Below are positions 26,344 through 41,950 of a DNA stretch of 64,000 nt, piece after piece (positions within the stretch are counted from its first letter, which is position 1; every line of letters starts with the position of its first letter). Made by a program: the position numbers and the translations under genes. The stretch lies in assembly GCF_009914755.1 (NCBI RefSeq), contig NC_060943.1; one strand, written 5' to 3'. This stretch comes from the human T2T-CHM13v2.0 reference genome, Homo sapiens. The notes beneath the pieces were generated by a model. That model worked only from the letters and a program-made list of their open reading frames with translations, was not told the DNA's origin and did not search any database.

Positions 26344-26659
26344 AAAACCGTTAGACCTAGGGCTTTACCCAAAAAAATCTGTCGAATGATTAACAACCAT
26401 CTACTCACCTGGGCTACCCAAGAGGCTGAAGTGGGGGCCCCAGGTCCTTACTCGATCTTACCTTGAGAGCATCTGCTTGAGCAAAGTATGTGAGCGCCCC
26501 AATCTTTATGGGTACCCAGATGTCCATCATCTGTGCTGCAATATGGCTGAGTGGGAGGTAGCTGACCACCATCTCATGCTTGTCTGTCAGTTGAAAGTCC
26601 TTTGCCACTGCTCCTGCCATCCACGTGATCTGTAACATAAGGGACAATCCAAGGTGCCT
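26344..26659 (-). repeat. Inverted duplicate of the ACSBG2 exon 27415-27582 plus flanks (exon copy at 26462-26629)
   Basis: Reverse complement of 27385-27699; AG/GT and an open frame are retained; 5 substitutions in the exon. Confidence 0.97.
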
Positions 26660-26698
26660 TATACTGACTTATGAAAAAACAACACACACACACACACG

Positions 26699-26891
26699 CA
26701 CTCAGCCAGACTGCAGCACAGACAATGGACATCTGGGTACCCATAAAGATCGGGGCACTCACATACTTTAGGCTTAAGCACATGCTCTCAAGGTAAGATC
26801 GAATAAGGACCTAGGGCCCCCACTTCATCCTCTTGGGCAGCCCAGATGAGTAGATGGTTGTTAATCATTCGACAGATTTTTTGGGTGAAGC
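26699..26891 (+). repeat. Partial direct duplicate of the 3' half of the same ACSBG2 exon and its downstream intron
   Basis: Aligns to 27491-27681 with several substitutions and a 2-nt insertion; keeps AAG|gtaaga; lacks the acceptor. Confidence 0.95.
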
Positions 26892-27079
26892 TCCAAAAAT
26901 TTTGGGAGAATTATAGTTACCAACCCCCAGGTGTTATGATGATTAAATGACTTGGTGTTTGTAAAGTATGAAGACAGTGTCTTGGTCATAGTAGGTGCTT
27001 TATAAGTGTTTACTTAATTAGTTTATTTATTTAGCTAAATACATTTAAAATCGCCCTCCAGGCTGGGCATGGTCGCTCA

Positions 27080-27373
<294 letters not shown>

Positions 27374-27414
27374 CTATGAGGGTGAGGCACCTTGGATTGT
27401 CCCTTATGTTACAG

Positions 27415-27582
27415 ATCACGTGGATTGCAGGAGCAGTGACAAAGGACTTTAAACTGACAGACAAGCATGAGACGGTGGTTAGCTACCTCCCACTCAGCCA
27501 TATTGCAGCACAGATGATGGACATCTGGGTACCCATAAAGATTGGGGCGCTCACATACTTTGCTCAAGCAGATGCTCTCAAG
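27415..27582 (+). CDS. ACSBG2: ACSBG2 coding exon (ITWIAGAV...YLPLSHIAAQ...ADALK)
   Basis: tgttacag acceptor; AAG|gtaaga donor; 168 nt, symmetric phase 0. Confidence 0.95.
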
Positions 27583-28055
27583 GTAAGATTGAGTAAGGAC
27601 CTGGGGCTCCGACTTCATCCTCTTGGGCAGCCCAGGTGAGTAGATGGTTGTTAATCATTCGACAGATTTTTTGGGTGAAGCCCCATGTCTAACGGTTTTA
27701 TCTCTGCCCTCATCTTAATGCTCTATTTAGAAGCATTAAAAACAAGACCAGGCACAGTGGCTCAATCTGTAATCCCGGCACTCTGGGAGGCCAAGACGGG
27801 CAGATTGCTTGAGCTCAGGAGTTGAGACCAGCCTGAGCAAGATGGCGAAACCCTATCTCTACAAAAACCAATAATAATAGTAAATTTTTCTAAAAAACAA
27901 AAAACACCTGACCAAATAAAACAACTTTTTTTTTTTAACCAGCTGGCTACATTCTCCTAGTTTTTATCTTTATCCAAGTCAGGGCATCCATGTATGGTTA
28001 TGTAGATTGAACACTGAACAACCCAAGACAAAGATGTACTTGGTACTGAAAGTAA

Positions 28056-28057
<2 letters not shown>

Positions 28058-28092
<35 letters not shown>
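28058..28092. repeat. (GT)n microsatellite
   Basis: Direct reading. Confidence 0.95.
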
Positions 28093-28094
<2 letters not shown>

Positions 28095-29729
28095 ATAAGT
28101 CAGTATTCCCAAATCTAAAAAGCTCCAAAAAACAGGAGTTTTTGGCAGCAAAGTCTGATCTGAATTGATAAGATGTTGTTTGTGGTCTTCATTTTATTCC
28201 ACTTACTGGGATTATGCATATATTTGTAGAATTTTTATACCACCTTTTCTTGACTTATACCCTTTAAGTATTATCTTTTGCCTTTCTATTGTGGTGAGGA
28301 TTTAGCTCCCTTCCTCTCCCGTCTTCTCATTTCTCCTTCCCCATTCTCTCAACATAAATTATTCTTAGTTAACTGAGCCAAGTAGTTTATCATATGATTC
28401 CACTTCCTGCTTGGTACAACTTTTTGTTTTTCCCAGAATTAAGTTGCCTTTCTTTTCCAGTTTGGTGAAGTTTTTGCATACATGTCCAGTTGCTCCATCT
28501 GATCTGTCACATGCTTATCAATAGTCTCCAAATGTTCAAATATTCATTGCATTATTATTATTATTATTATTATTTGAGATAGAGTCTTGCTCTGTTGCCC
28601 AGGCTGGAGTTACAGTGCCATGATCTCGGCCCACTGCAACCTCTGTCTTCCGGGTTCAAGCAATTCTCGTGCCTTAGCCTCCCAAGTAGCTGGAACTGCA
28701 GGCCTGTGCCACCATGCCTGGCTGATTTTTGTATTTTTAGTAGAGATGGGGTTTCACAATTTTGGCCAGACTGGTCTCAAACTCCTGACCTCAGGTGAGC
28801 CTTGGCCTCCCAAAGTGCTGGGATTACAGGCATGAGCCACTGCACCCAGCTCCATTGCATTATTTTTTTCCTCCATCCTTTTGCACTTAGCTGGACTGTT
28901 GTTTTAGGTTGTCTTAGGTTGGGTACCCTAGAAGCAAAATCTGAGTTGGAGATCTTTGTGATTTATCAATGGGGAGCTCTCAGGTGAAAACCAAAAGGAA
29001 GTGAGGAGAGAAGGATAGGCTGGGGGAAAAAACAAGAAAGGACACACATTCAGCTGGATTGTAACTTCAGACTGATCCCATAGGAAGCTCTGAGGCATGA
29101 ACGACACCAGAGTTGTTCCACTTTGAGGCAAGGAGGCTGTGCTTTTGTAACCCCAACTCAGATAGTCATTGGCTGTGGGCTCAGGCATCCATGTGGGATA
29201 GGGAGCATAACTTCCCAGTTATTTCTAAGTAAGGGCGGTTTTCTGGAAAAGAGGGAACTGTGGGCCACTAGAGATCTGATAGGACATCAACAGCATCTTC
29301 TACAAGCTGCCATACAGGGATATCCCTTTTTCCCACTCCTGGGTTGGATCCCCTATTTTCTGGGGTCTTTGCCTTCTTTTTTGGATTATTCCTTGATTTA
29401 GCTGGATATCATTCATTGGTAGGTTTTGCAAAGTAGTTATGTGAAAGAACACTTTGATTTCTTTCCTAAATTTTTTTTTTTTTTTTTTTTTTTTAGAGAC
29501 AAGGTCGTGCTCTGTTACCCAGCCTGGAATGCAGTGGCATGATCATAGCTTACTGCAGCCTTAAATTCCTGGGCTCAAAGGATCCTCCCACCTCAGCCTC
29601 CCCTGTAGCCAGAACTACAGGCATGTGCCACCATGCCTGACTAATTTGTTTTACAGTGATTTTCTACATGTCTAGACTTTGCAAACGGAGCCAGAAAAGA
29701 ACTCTGACATTTTCCCCAAGTTACATTCT

Positions 29730-30475
29730 CTGAATTAGTTTCCTGTTAATGCCACAACAAATGAACAGAAACTTAGTGACTTAAAACAATATTTATTTAT
29801 TTATTTAGAAATGGAGTCTCGTTCTGTCACCCAGGCTGGAGTGCAGTGGCAGTGGCATGATCTCAACTCACTGCAACCTCCACCTCCGGGTTAAACGATT
29901 CTCATGTCTCAGTCTCCCAAGCCGGGATTACAGGCATGCACCACCACGCCCAGCTAATTTTTGTATTTTTAGTAGAGACGGGATTTCACCATGTTGGCAA
30001 GGCTGGTCCTGAACTCTTGAACTCAAGTGATCTGCTTGCCTCAGCCTCCCAAAATGCTGGGATTACAGGCATAAGCAAGCGCGCCTGGTCCATTTATTAT
30101 CTTATAGTTCTGGTGGTCAGAAGTTTGAAAATGGTCTCACTGGGCTAAAATCAATATGTCATCAGGGCTGCATTCCTTCTAGAGGCTCTTGGGGACCTTT
30201 TCCAGCTTCTAGAGGCCACCTATGTTCCTTATCTCAGGGCCCCTTCCTCCATCTTCACAGCCAGCAGTGCAGCCTCTTCCCCTCTCCTGCTTCCCTCTTA
30301 TAAGGACCCTGTGATGACATTGGGCCACCCAGATCATCCAGGATGATCTCCCATCTCAAGATTCTTAACTTAATCCCATCTACAAAGTCCCTTTTGCCAT
30401 GAAAGATTACATATTCACAGGTCCCAGGAGTTAGAACGTGGACATCTTTAGGGGGCCATTATTTTGCCTCCCACA
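29730..30475. mobile_element. MLT1 (MaLR) LTR interrupted by an Alu
   Basis: ttatcttatagttctgg...gggctgcattccttct...gggccattattttgcctcccaca. Confidence 0.7.
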
Positions 30476-30699
30476 CTCTCCATCAAGCAGGCTAAATCTT
30501 AGGGCCTTTGCACGTGCTTCTAGAAGGTTCTTTCTCTTGTTCTTTGCAGGGCTGACTCTTCTTTGTCACTTAGCTCTCTGCTAAATATTTCCTTGGCCCC
30601 TCTCAATCCCTCTCATATGCCCCATGCTCAGTGCCTGAGATGTGTTAGGTCTTCAATACATATTTCCTTTCTTGGCTGAATACATAATACATACACATT

Positions 30700-32460
<1,761 letters not shown>

Positions 32461-32932
32461 ATCTTGCATCCTTTTTTAACAGTTGTGTAATATTCCACTG
32501 CATGCTTGGACCACAGTTTCTTTAGCCAACCCTTTGTCATTGAACCTGTAAGCTGTTTCCATTCTGTTACAAAACAGTGTTGCAAAGAACGTCTTGAACG
32601 TGTTTCTTTGTGTGCCTGAGTCTTTCCTTCAGCTGAATTCCTTCACCCACAGAAGTGAAGTTGACAGGTTGCACTTAAAATGTTAATAGAACTGTCATGT
32701 TACCTTCCAAAAATATTTTACCAGTTTATGCCTCTCATCAAATCCCTAGACAGAGTGCAAAAATCTGACTGGCCAACCCAGCTAATGGGTTGTCTCCTTT
32801 TGGTTGGGAGTCCTGCGTAATCTGATCAGTGAAGGAATGTTCTCTTGGGCAAAGTTGGGTGGATCAGGAGAGATGGACATCCCTGGTGCACGGAAGGCCC
32901 TGCTGTGGCTAACCTAGCTTCGTTCCATACAG

Positions 32933-33114
32933 GGCACCTTGGTAAGTACTCTAAAGGAGGTAAAACCTACTGTCTTCATTGGAGTGCCTCAAATTTGGGA
33001 GAAGATACATGAGATGGTGAAGAAAAATAGTGCCAAGTCCATGGGCTTGAAGAAGAAGGCATTCGTGTGGGCAAGAAACATTGGCTTCAAGGTCAACTCA
33101 AAAAAGATGTTGGG
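32933..33114 (+). CDS. ACSBG2: ACSBG2 coding exon (GTLVSTLKEVKPTVFIGVPQIWEK...KKMLG)
   Basis: ttccatacag acceptor; GG|gtaggt donor; 182 nt. Confidence 0.94.
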
Positions 33115-33220
33115 GTAGGTGGAGCATCCAGAGGGCTGGGAGGGTAGTTGGTGAGGAGGCTCAGCCTTCTCCAGTGGGTCCCATCAGCCCTTCTCCACTT
33201 GACGGCATTCTTATTCACAG

Positions 33221-33454
33221 GAAATATAATACTCCCGTGAGCTACCGCATGGCTAAGACTCTCGTGTTCAGCAAAGTCAAGACATCCCTTGGCTTGGATC
33301 ACTGTCACTCTTTTATCAGTGGGACTGCGCCCCTCAACCAAGAGACTGCCGAGTTCTTTCTAAGCTTGGACATACCTATAGGCGAGTTGTATGGGTTGAG
33401 TGAGAGCTCGGGACCCCACACGATATCCAACCAGAATAACTACAGGCTTCTAAG
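33221..33454 (+). CDS. ACSBG2: ACSBG2 coding exon (KYNTPVSY...SGTAPL...YGLSESSGPH...LL)
   Basis: ttattcacag acceptor after a 106-nt intron; AG|gtacca donor; 234 nt; YGxSE motif. Confidence 0.95.
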
Positions 33455-34948
33455 GTACCAGCCCCCGGGGCAGACCCCTGCTCCTCCCATAACATGGGGT
33501 CAAGAGGGGGAAGGTGGGTGGATAGATGGGCCTCTGGGTTAAGAGGAATCCTGACGTGGTGTCTCCAGAATGATCCTGTTCTCCAGCCTCCAAGTCCTAA
33601 CTCCGCATGACCGTGGGAAACCCTGGATGGTAAGAGAGCCCACAGATAAGGGGGATGGCTCTCTGAACATTCCATGGTCTCCCCGTTTGTCACTTGTGAG
33701 TTCTGCCTTCAAGGTCACCGCCTGTGACCTCAGCACCTTTCATCCCCATGATCCTCCATCTCAAAACACCTCCATGGCCGATTCCTGGCTTTCTCCCAAG
33801 CTCAGCTTGCCCTAGGCTGCAAGGTTGAACCCAATGATAAGAAAACTTTAAGAATACCAAATTGAGGTTCAACTCCCCATCTGAGAGCTGTCAGTCATAG
33901 AATCTTCTGGTTGTGTCTCTCCCTGACTCCCTCCTTTTAGCATGGGTGAGGTTTGAAAAAATCTTTTCATACATGTGTTTATTTATTAAATTTTAATTAG
34001 AGATAGGGTCTCACTTTGTTGCCCAGGCTGGAGTGCAATGGTACAATCATAGATCACTGTAACCTTGAACTTCTGGATTCAAGCATTCCTCCTGCCTCAG
34101 CCTCCCAACTAGCTAGGACTACACGCATGAGCCTCCATGCTTGGCAATTCTGTAAAAGTTTTTTTGTAGAGATGGGGTCTTGCCATGTTGCCTAGGCTGG
34201 CCTTGAATTCCTGGACTCAAGCAATCCTCAGCCTCCCAAAGCGCTGGGATTACAGGCATGAACCACCATGCCCAGCATTGCCATACATTTAAAAGTCATT
34301 TGTACTTCCTTTCCTATGAGCTGTCTGTCCATATTATCTGCCTGTTTTAAAAATTAGATTATTGGTCCCTTTATTATTGGTTTGTTGGCACTCTTTACAT
34401 ATTAGGAAAATCAGCCCTTTGTCTTTCATATGAGTTACAAATATTTTATCCCCTGGCTTGTCATTGGTATTTTGATTTTAGTTAAGATGTTTTTTACTGT
34501 GCAGAAATTTGTGGTCACAAATTTAGATGGTTGAACTTATCGATCTCTTATGGCTTCTGGATTTTTCTATATACCTAAAAAGGCTTCAGTGGGGGAAATC
34601 ATAAGGCAGCTCTTTGTAAGTTTTAAATTTCTCAGGTCTGTCTTCATTTTTTCTTTTGCTAACCAGGGGAATACCTACATTTAACCCTGGGACCATTGGC
34701 CTTGCTAACTGTTAATCAAAGAGATCTCAGCAACACACGGAGAAAATATTTCCTTTCCTGCATCCTAGAACTGCACTGGCCAGTGCTATCTCTAGGAAAA
34801 AAAAAAAAAAAGACAAAGAACCCAGATTTCAAATAGTGCTACTCTGTTTTATGAAAGTAACTTTTACCTCTAAAGAGATTGTAGTTGGTTGCCGTACTTA
34901 AAATTAGCTGTCCTAATCACTGCAGAGAGGTCTACCTGTTTTCTTTAA

Positions 34949-35377
<429 letters not shown>

Positions 35378-35619
35378 TAAGATTACAGGTGTGAGCCACC
35401 ACACCTGGCCACTGCTAGGTTTCCCAGTTCACAAAGCCTTTGGGAATCTGACACGCTGGATTAAACACTGCAGCAAACACCTCCTTCTGTGCGCTGGGGT
35501 GCATATCCAGCCTGCTCTAGCTGAGCAGAGTATTAGGCACCTAGGCTGAAGATCCAGGCAGAGCTGGGTGGCTGACTTTGTCCCTATGAGCCTGTTTCTC
35601 TGCTTCTGTCCCCTGGCAG

Positions 35620-35837
35620 CTGTGGCAAGATCTTGACTGGGTGTAAGAATATGCTGTTCCAGCAGAACAAGGATGGCATTGGGGAGATCTGCCTCTGGGG
35701 TAGGCACATCTTCATGGGCTATCTGGAAAGTGAGACTGAAACTACAGAGGCCATCGATGATGAAGGCTGGCTACACTCTGGGGATCTGGGCCAGCTGGAC
35801 GGTCTGGGTTTCCTCTATGTCACCGGCCACATCAAAG
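35620..35837 (+). CDS. ACSBG2: ACSBG2 coding exon with FACS motif II (GEICLWGRHIFMGY...GWLHSGDLG...TGHIK)
   Basis: ccctggcag acceptor; AAG|gtacca donor; 218 nt. Confidence 0.96.
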
Positions 35838-36379
35838 GTACCAGGGGCTGAGCTCTTTGGGAATCTCCTGCAAGCAGGCCCACCCTGAACATTTAAGGGC
35901 CCAGGGTACCAGCACGAAGGCCACCCCCAGTTCCTCACCTTCCAAGAGGAGCTGTGCAGAAACTCCTCAGTCTGTACAACCCAGCTCTATCCTCCTGTCC
36001 AGCAAACAGTTACCCCTTGGTCACTTGGTATCCCGTGGTCCACCCTCAGGAGGATGGACCTGCAAAAGACAAGCCTTGGAACCTCCTGAAGCCCCTTTCA
36101 GAATAGCACCAGCCCAGAGGAAAACTCAGTAAGAGAAGGATAAAGAAATTCCTTGTGACATCATTTTGGCACCTGGATCCAGCCATATCTGAAAGCCAAA
36201 GACCTTTTGAACTTTTCAGTTATATTGAGCCAACAGTTTTACTTTTTTTTTTTTTTTAACTCAAACTCATTCAAGCTGGTTCAAATGGGCTTGAGTAAAA
36301 AAGTGCCATCTTCTCCTGCATTTTAAGAGGATAATAATCGACAGAGTTGTAAGGATTGAAGAAAGTATAGAACAAGGAT

Positions 36380-36680
36380 AAGCCAACTTTTCCTGAAGAG
36401 GGCCCTTTAGTAAATATTTTTGGGTTCACAAAACATGTGTCTCTGTTGTAGCTTCTCAACTCTGTGATTTGTAGCACAAAAACAGCTGTTGACAACACAT
36501 AAAGAATGGGTGTGGCCAGCTGCCAATATGAATATCATAATTTTTATGTGTCAAAAAAAATTCTTCTTTTGACTTCCAACAACTTAAAAATGTAAAATTC
36601 ATTTTTAGCTTTTGGTTATACAAAATTGAATAGTGGCCTGGATTTGGCCACTATGGGCCATAGTTTGCCAAAATCTGATG
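36380..36680. mobile_element. MER58-like hAT DNA transposon remnant
   Basis: gtctctgttgtagcttctcaactctg...gggccatagtttgcca. Confidence 0.6.
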
Positions 36681-37208
36681 GAGAACACTTAGTGCTTTTT
36701 TACTCAAACCCATTTAAGATGGGTTTAAATAGGTTTGAGGAAAAAAATAAAAAGCAAAACTGTTGACTCAACGTAACTGAAAAGGTCAGTTGGCCAAAAG
36801 GTCAGCTGGCTTCAGGCATGGCTGGATCTGGGTGCCAAAATGAGGTCATAAGGAATTTTAAAATTCTTTTCTTGAGTTTTCCTCTGTGCTGGTACTATTT
36901 TATTTTTCAGAGAAGGTCTCGCTCTGTTGGCCAGGCTGGAATGCAGTGGTCCAATTATGACTCACTGTGGCCTCAACTTCCCAGGCTCAGGTGATTCTCC
37001 CACCTCAGCCTCCTGAGTAACTAGGACTACAGGCGTGTGCCACCACACCCGGCTATTTTTTTGCAGAGACCCAATTTCACTGTGTTGCCCAGGTTGGTCT
37101 AGCACTTGTGGGCTCAAGTGATCTGCCCACCTCAGCCTCCCAAAGTGGCAGGATTACAGGTGTGAGCCACTGTGCCTGGCCACTAGGTTTTTTTTTTTTT
37201 TTTTTTGA

Positions 37209-38030
<822 letters not shown>

Positions 38031-38449
38031 GTGAGTGGCCATGACATTTGGAGGCTGGTCCCTTGTTAGCATCTGGGACTGTGTGGGCTCTGAAGAGACA
38101 GGTCCTTTTCTGAAGGTCAGAGGGTCTATGAAACCAGCCAGGGACCAGGAGAGGGAGGCTGCCACCTTCAGCTAACTGGTCCCCAGCTCCTCATCTTGGA
38201 AATAAAATCCAACCTCCTTACTATAGCTCTATACAATCTCTCGCCTGCTGACCTTTCATTCACTCTGCACCAACTCTATGGGCTTTCTTGATGTTCCTGC
38301 AGCTCTCTGGGCTTTGTCCAACTATAGGGCCTTTGCACCTGCCAGTCTGCCTCCCTGGGAATACCCTTCCCCCTCAATTCCTTGCCTGGATGGCTTCTTC
38401 TCATTGTCCAGGTCTCACCCTACAGGCCTCTTCCCCCTCAGAGCAGCCT

Positions 38450-39362
38450 TGTTACAGGACCCCCAGGTTTGTATGCCCACTGCACAGTAATATACCAATA
38501 CACTGAGACAGCAGGGGATGCAGCAAAGACAGAGTTTAATTATGGCCAGGCACAGTGGCTCACGCCTGTAATCCCAACACTTTGGGAGGCTGAGTTGGGC
38601 AGACTGCTTGAGCCCAGGAGTTTGAGACCAACCTGGGCAACATGGTGAAATCCTAACTCTACACAAAATACAAAAATTAGCTGGGTATGGTAGCGGTGCC
38701 CAGCTACTCAGGAGACTGAGAGGATCGCTTGAGCCCAGGGAGGTCAAGGCTGCAGTGAGCCACAATCATGCCAGTGCACTCCAGCCTAGGCAATGCAGTG
38801 AGACCCTGTCTCAAAAACAAAAAACAAACAAACAAAAATAAAAAAGGAAATTAAATTCCCTTGCAGGGAAGCCAACCGAGATGGAAGGAACCCTCAAATC
38901 TCTCTTTGAGGAATTCTGGGCTGGGGTTTTAAGGGGATCTTTGGGGGTGAAGGGCTGGAAAATTAGAGTCATTGATTGGTTGAGGTAAAGGGGATGAAAT
39001 CATCGGATGTGGAAGCTGCATTCTTTGGTAAGTCAGCTCCCGTGGGGTCCTTCAGATCAGTGGGCATCAGTAGTTTCACTGGTATGCAGGACTTGAAAGG
39101 ATATCTCAGATGGAAAACTTGACCTTTCACAATGCTTAATATGTTATCTGTAGAGCAGTTAAGGGGAACTATATCTTGTGATTGGGTTTTTTGTGTGTGT
39201 GTGATTCTGGGGCAATAGGCAAACAGCTAGCTATGAGGAAGGGGTTAGAGAGCAAACTGACCTAATGATGAATGTTGAGTGTGCTGTAAGTGTGGCTGAT
39301 TTTAGTTTGTCCCCCTCCCTTCTTCTCTGATTAATATTATAAAGTTTTCAGGGATGGTTTCA
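38450..39362 (-). mobile_element. ERV1-class solo LTR with an internal Alu (38544-38845)
   Basis: TG...CA termini (minus strand begins TGAAACCATCCC); approximate 4-bp TSD gcct/gccc. Confidence 0.65.
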
Positions 39363-39843
39363 GCCCTCCCTGACCATGCTGGCTAAAGTGGCTTGCCATC
39401 GTCCTTAATATTTCACCCAGTAGCTTGCTGCCACCCCCATTATACCACCCTGTCTTCTTTAAAGCATCAGAACATGAAATTAGTCTCTGTATGTTTTATT
39501 TTTGCCTCTCTTCCCCCATGAGGGAAGGGCTCACTCCAGAGTGGGGATACTGGATTCTACTAATGTACTTTCATTTGCGAGTTTGCTGTCAGCGCTCGGC
39601 TGTAATCTGACGGTGTGGATGGAAGAATCAGAGCAAGTATGTGGCAATGAACAACCTGGGTTCAAATCCTGTCCCCTCTACACAGGGAAGTGACTTGTCC
39701 CACTGAGTCTTGTTTTTTTTTTGTTTGTTTTGAGACAGAGTCTTGCTCTGTTACCCAGGTTGGAGTACGATGGCACAATCACAGCTTGCTGCTGCAGCCT
39801 TGAACTCCCAGGCTCAAGCGATCCTCCCACCTCAGCCTCCTGA

Positions 39844-40113
<270 letters not shown>

Positions 40114-40768
40114 TGATCTCTTGACCTCGTGATCAACCCGCCTTGGCCTCCCAAAGTGCTGGGATTACAGGCGTGAGCCACCGTGCCTGGCCGCTATCCT
40201 CTTTTTGTTTTGTAGAGATGGTGTTTTGCCATGTTGTCCAGGCTGGTGGTCTTCTCATCTATAAGTTGAAAACACAGTCCTTGTGGGGTTGCTTGAGACA
40301 CCCAGAGGGGCTTCAATGCCCCTGGTGACTCAGAGGCTTTCAATGAAAGTCCTGGGCTCAGGGAGCAGACAACTCCCAGTTTGAGACTTGATTCTGCCGT
40401 GCACTTGCTGGCTGACCTCAGAGGAACTGGTCCTCTCTATGCCCCAGTTTCCTCACCTGTAAAATGGGGATAGGGGTATGGTTTGAGATGATGATATCCC
40501 TCCTCCATTGGGTGCACAGTCCACATCAGGCACAGAATGCACCATGCTCTTCACCTTCCAGCTCACAGAATCCTCACCACAGCTGAAGGATCACATGGAA
40601 GTTTTATCATCCCCATACAGATGGCAAAAGTTACACACCCTGAAAGTCAATGGCACAGCCAGCCACCCAGCCTAGCCCCAGGCATGGGACTCTGTTGCCT
40701 GGTCATGCATGGGTGTGTGTAATTTTCTTTTATCTCCACAACTCAATTGATTTCTCCTTTCTCGATAG

Positions 40769-40842
40769 GTCCAATGATGAAACTTAAGAGACATTTTGTA
40801 GCCCAGAAATACAAAAAACAAATTGATCACATGTACCACTGA
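40769..40842 (+). CDS. ACSBG2: ACSBG2 last coding exon (GPMMKLKRHFVAQKYKKQIDHMYH*)
   Basis: tttctcctttctcgatag acceptor; TGA at 40840-40842; the exon likely continues to a donor ATG|gtgaga at 40877. Confidence 0.94.
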
Positions 40843-40975
40843 CTGCTTTGATGGAGCTGCTCTCAGCTGTTCTGATGGTGAGATTCAGTTGCTTGGCTTT
40901 GCTGGGCTATGCATTCAGAGTCCAAGAGAGGGCTCCACTGTGTGGCAGGCAGATCTGTGACTGGAACTGCAGAAA

Positions 40976-40989
40976 ACACACACACACAC

Positions 40990-41040
<51 letters not shown>
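40976..41040. repeat. (CA)n microsatellite in the 3'UTR intron
   Basis: Direct reading. Confidence 0.95.
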
Positions 41041-41042
<2 letters not shown>

Positions 41043-41552
41043 TAGTTGCAGTGGATTCTGAGTAGCAGGCTTCAACTCATGCTGTCTCTACTCTACCAGG
41101 GTCATGGTAGGGTGTGTAAACTCCTTCAGCTGGCCACCAATGTTGTTAGCTGTGCTTCCTGCCTTTTCTATTTGTTTCTAGAAAGTAGGAGGCAATGAAT
41201 CCCAAATGTCTCATTGGGTCTTATTTGGAGAAGGCCTTTGTCAGAAACTTTAGTGGAGAAAGTTCTACTTGCCAGGAACTCAAGGAATGAGGTGTGTTGG
41301 CCCATTACACAGATAATAAGGGATGGAGGCTTGAACTTCCACTATCCACCGTTTATCCTCTCTTTTCCCCAAGACATGTGCAGAGGGAGCCTCCATGACA
41401 CCATGAATCACTGATAGTTATTGAGGTGTTTTTTTTTTTTTTCTTCACTAGATGCACAGTGCAGGCAGAAAGTAGAATGCATCTTCAATTGTCCTATAGG
41501 CTGCCTGTAACCTTTTCATGGGCAACTTGTTCTAATGCCACCAGCCAACCCA

Positions 41553-41950
41553 TGTTTTAGTTTGCTGGGGCTACATTACAAAGTACCACAGACTGGAGGG
41601 CTTAAACAACATAAACTTATTGTCTCACAGATCTGGAGGCTAAAAGTGTGAGATTGAGAGGCTGGCTGGCTTGGTTCCTTCTGAGGGCTGTGAGGGGAGG
41701 ATCCATTCCAGACTTCTCTCCTTGGCTTGCTGATGGCTGTCTTCTCTCTCTGTCTTCACATCATCTTCCCTCTGGGTGTCACTGTGTTCAAATTTCCCTT
41801 TTATAGGGACAGGTTAGTAAGATTAGGGCCCACCCTTATGACCTCGTTTTAACTTCTATAATGATCTAGTTTCCAAATAAGTTACACCCTGAAGTACTAA
41901 AGGTTAGGACTTCAACATGTGAATTGTGGAGGGATACAACTCAGCTTGTA
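41553..41950. mobile_element. MLT1 (MaLR) LTR
   Basis: aaagtaccacagactgg..ggcttaaacaac...gttaggacttcaacat. Confidence 0.7.

Noticed and set aside
26414-26647. Minus-strand 77-aa ORF as an independent gene
   Set aside because: It is the inverted exon copy; no other minus-strand ACSBG exons were found.
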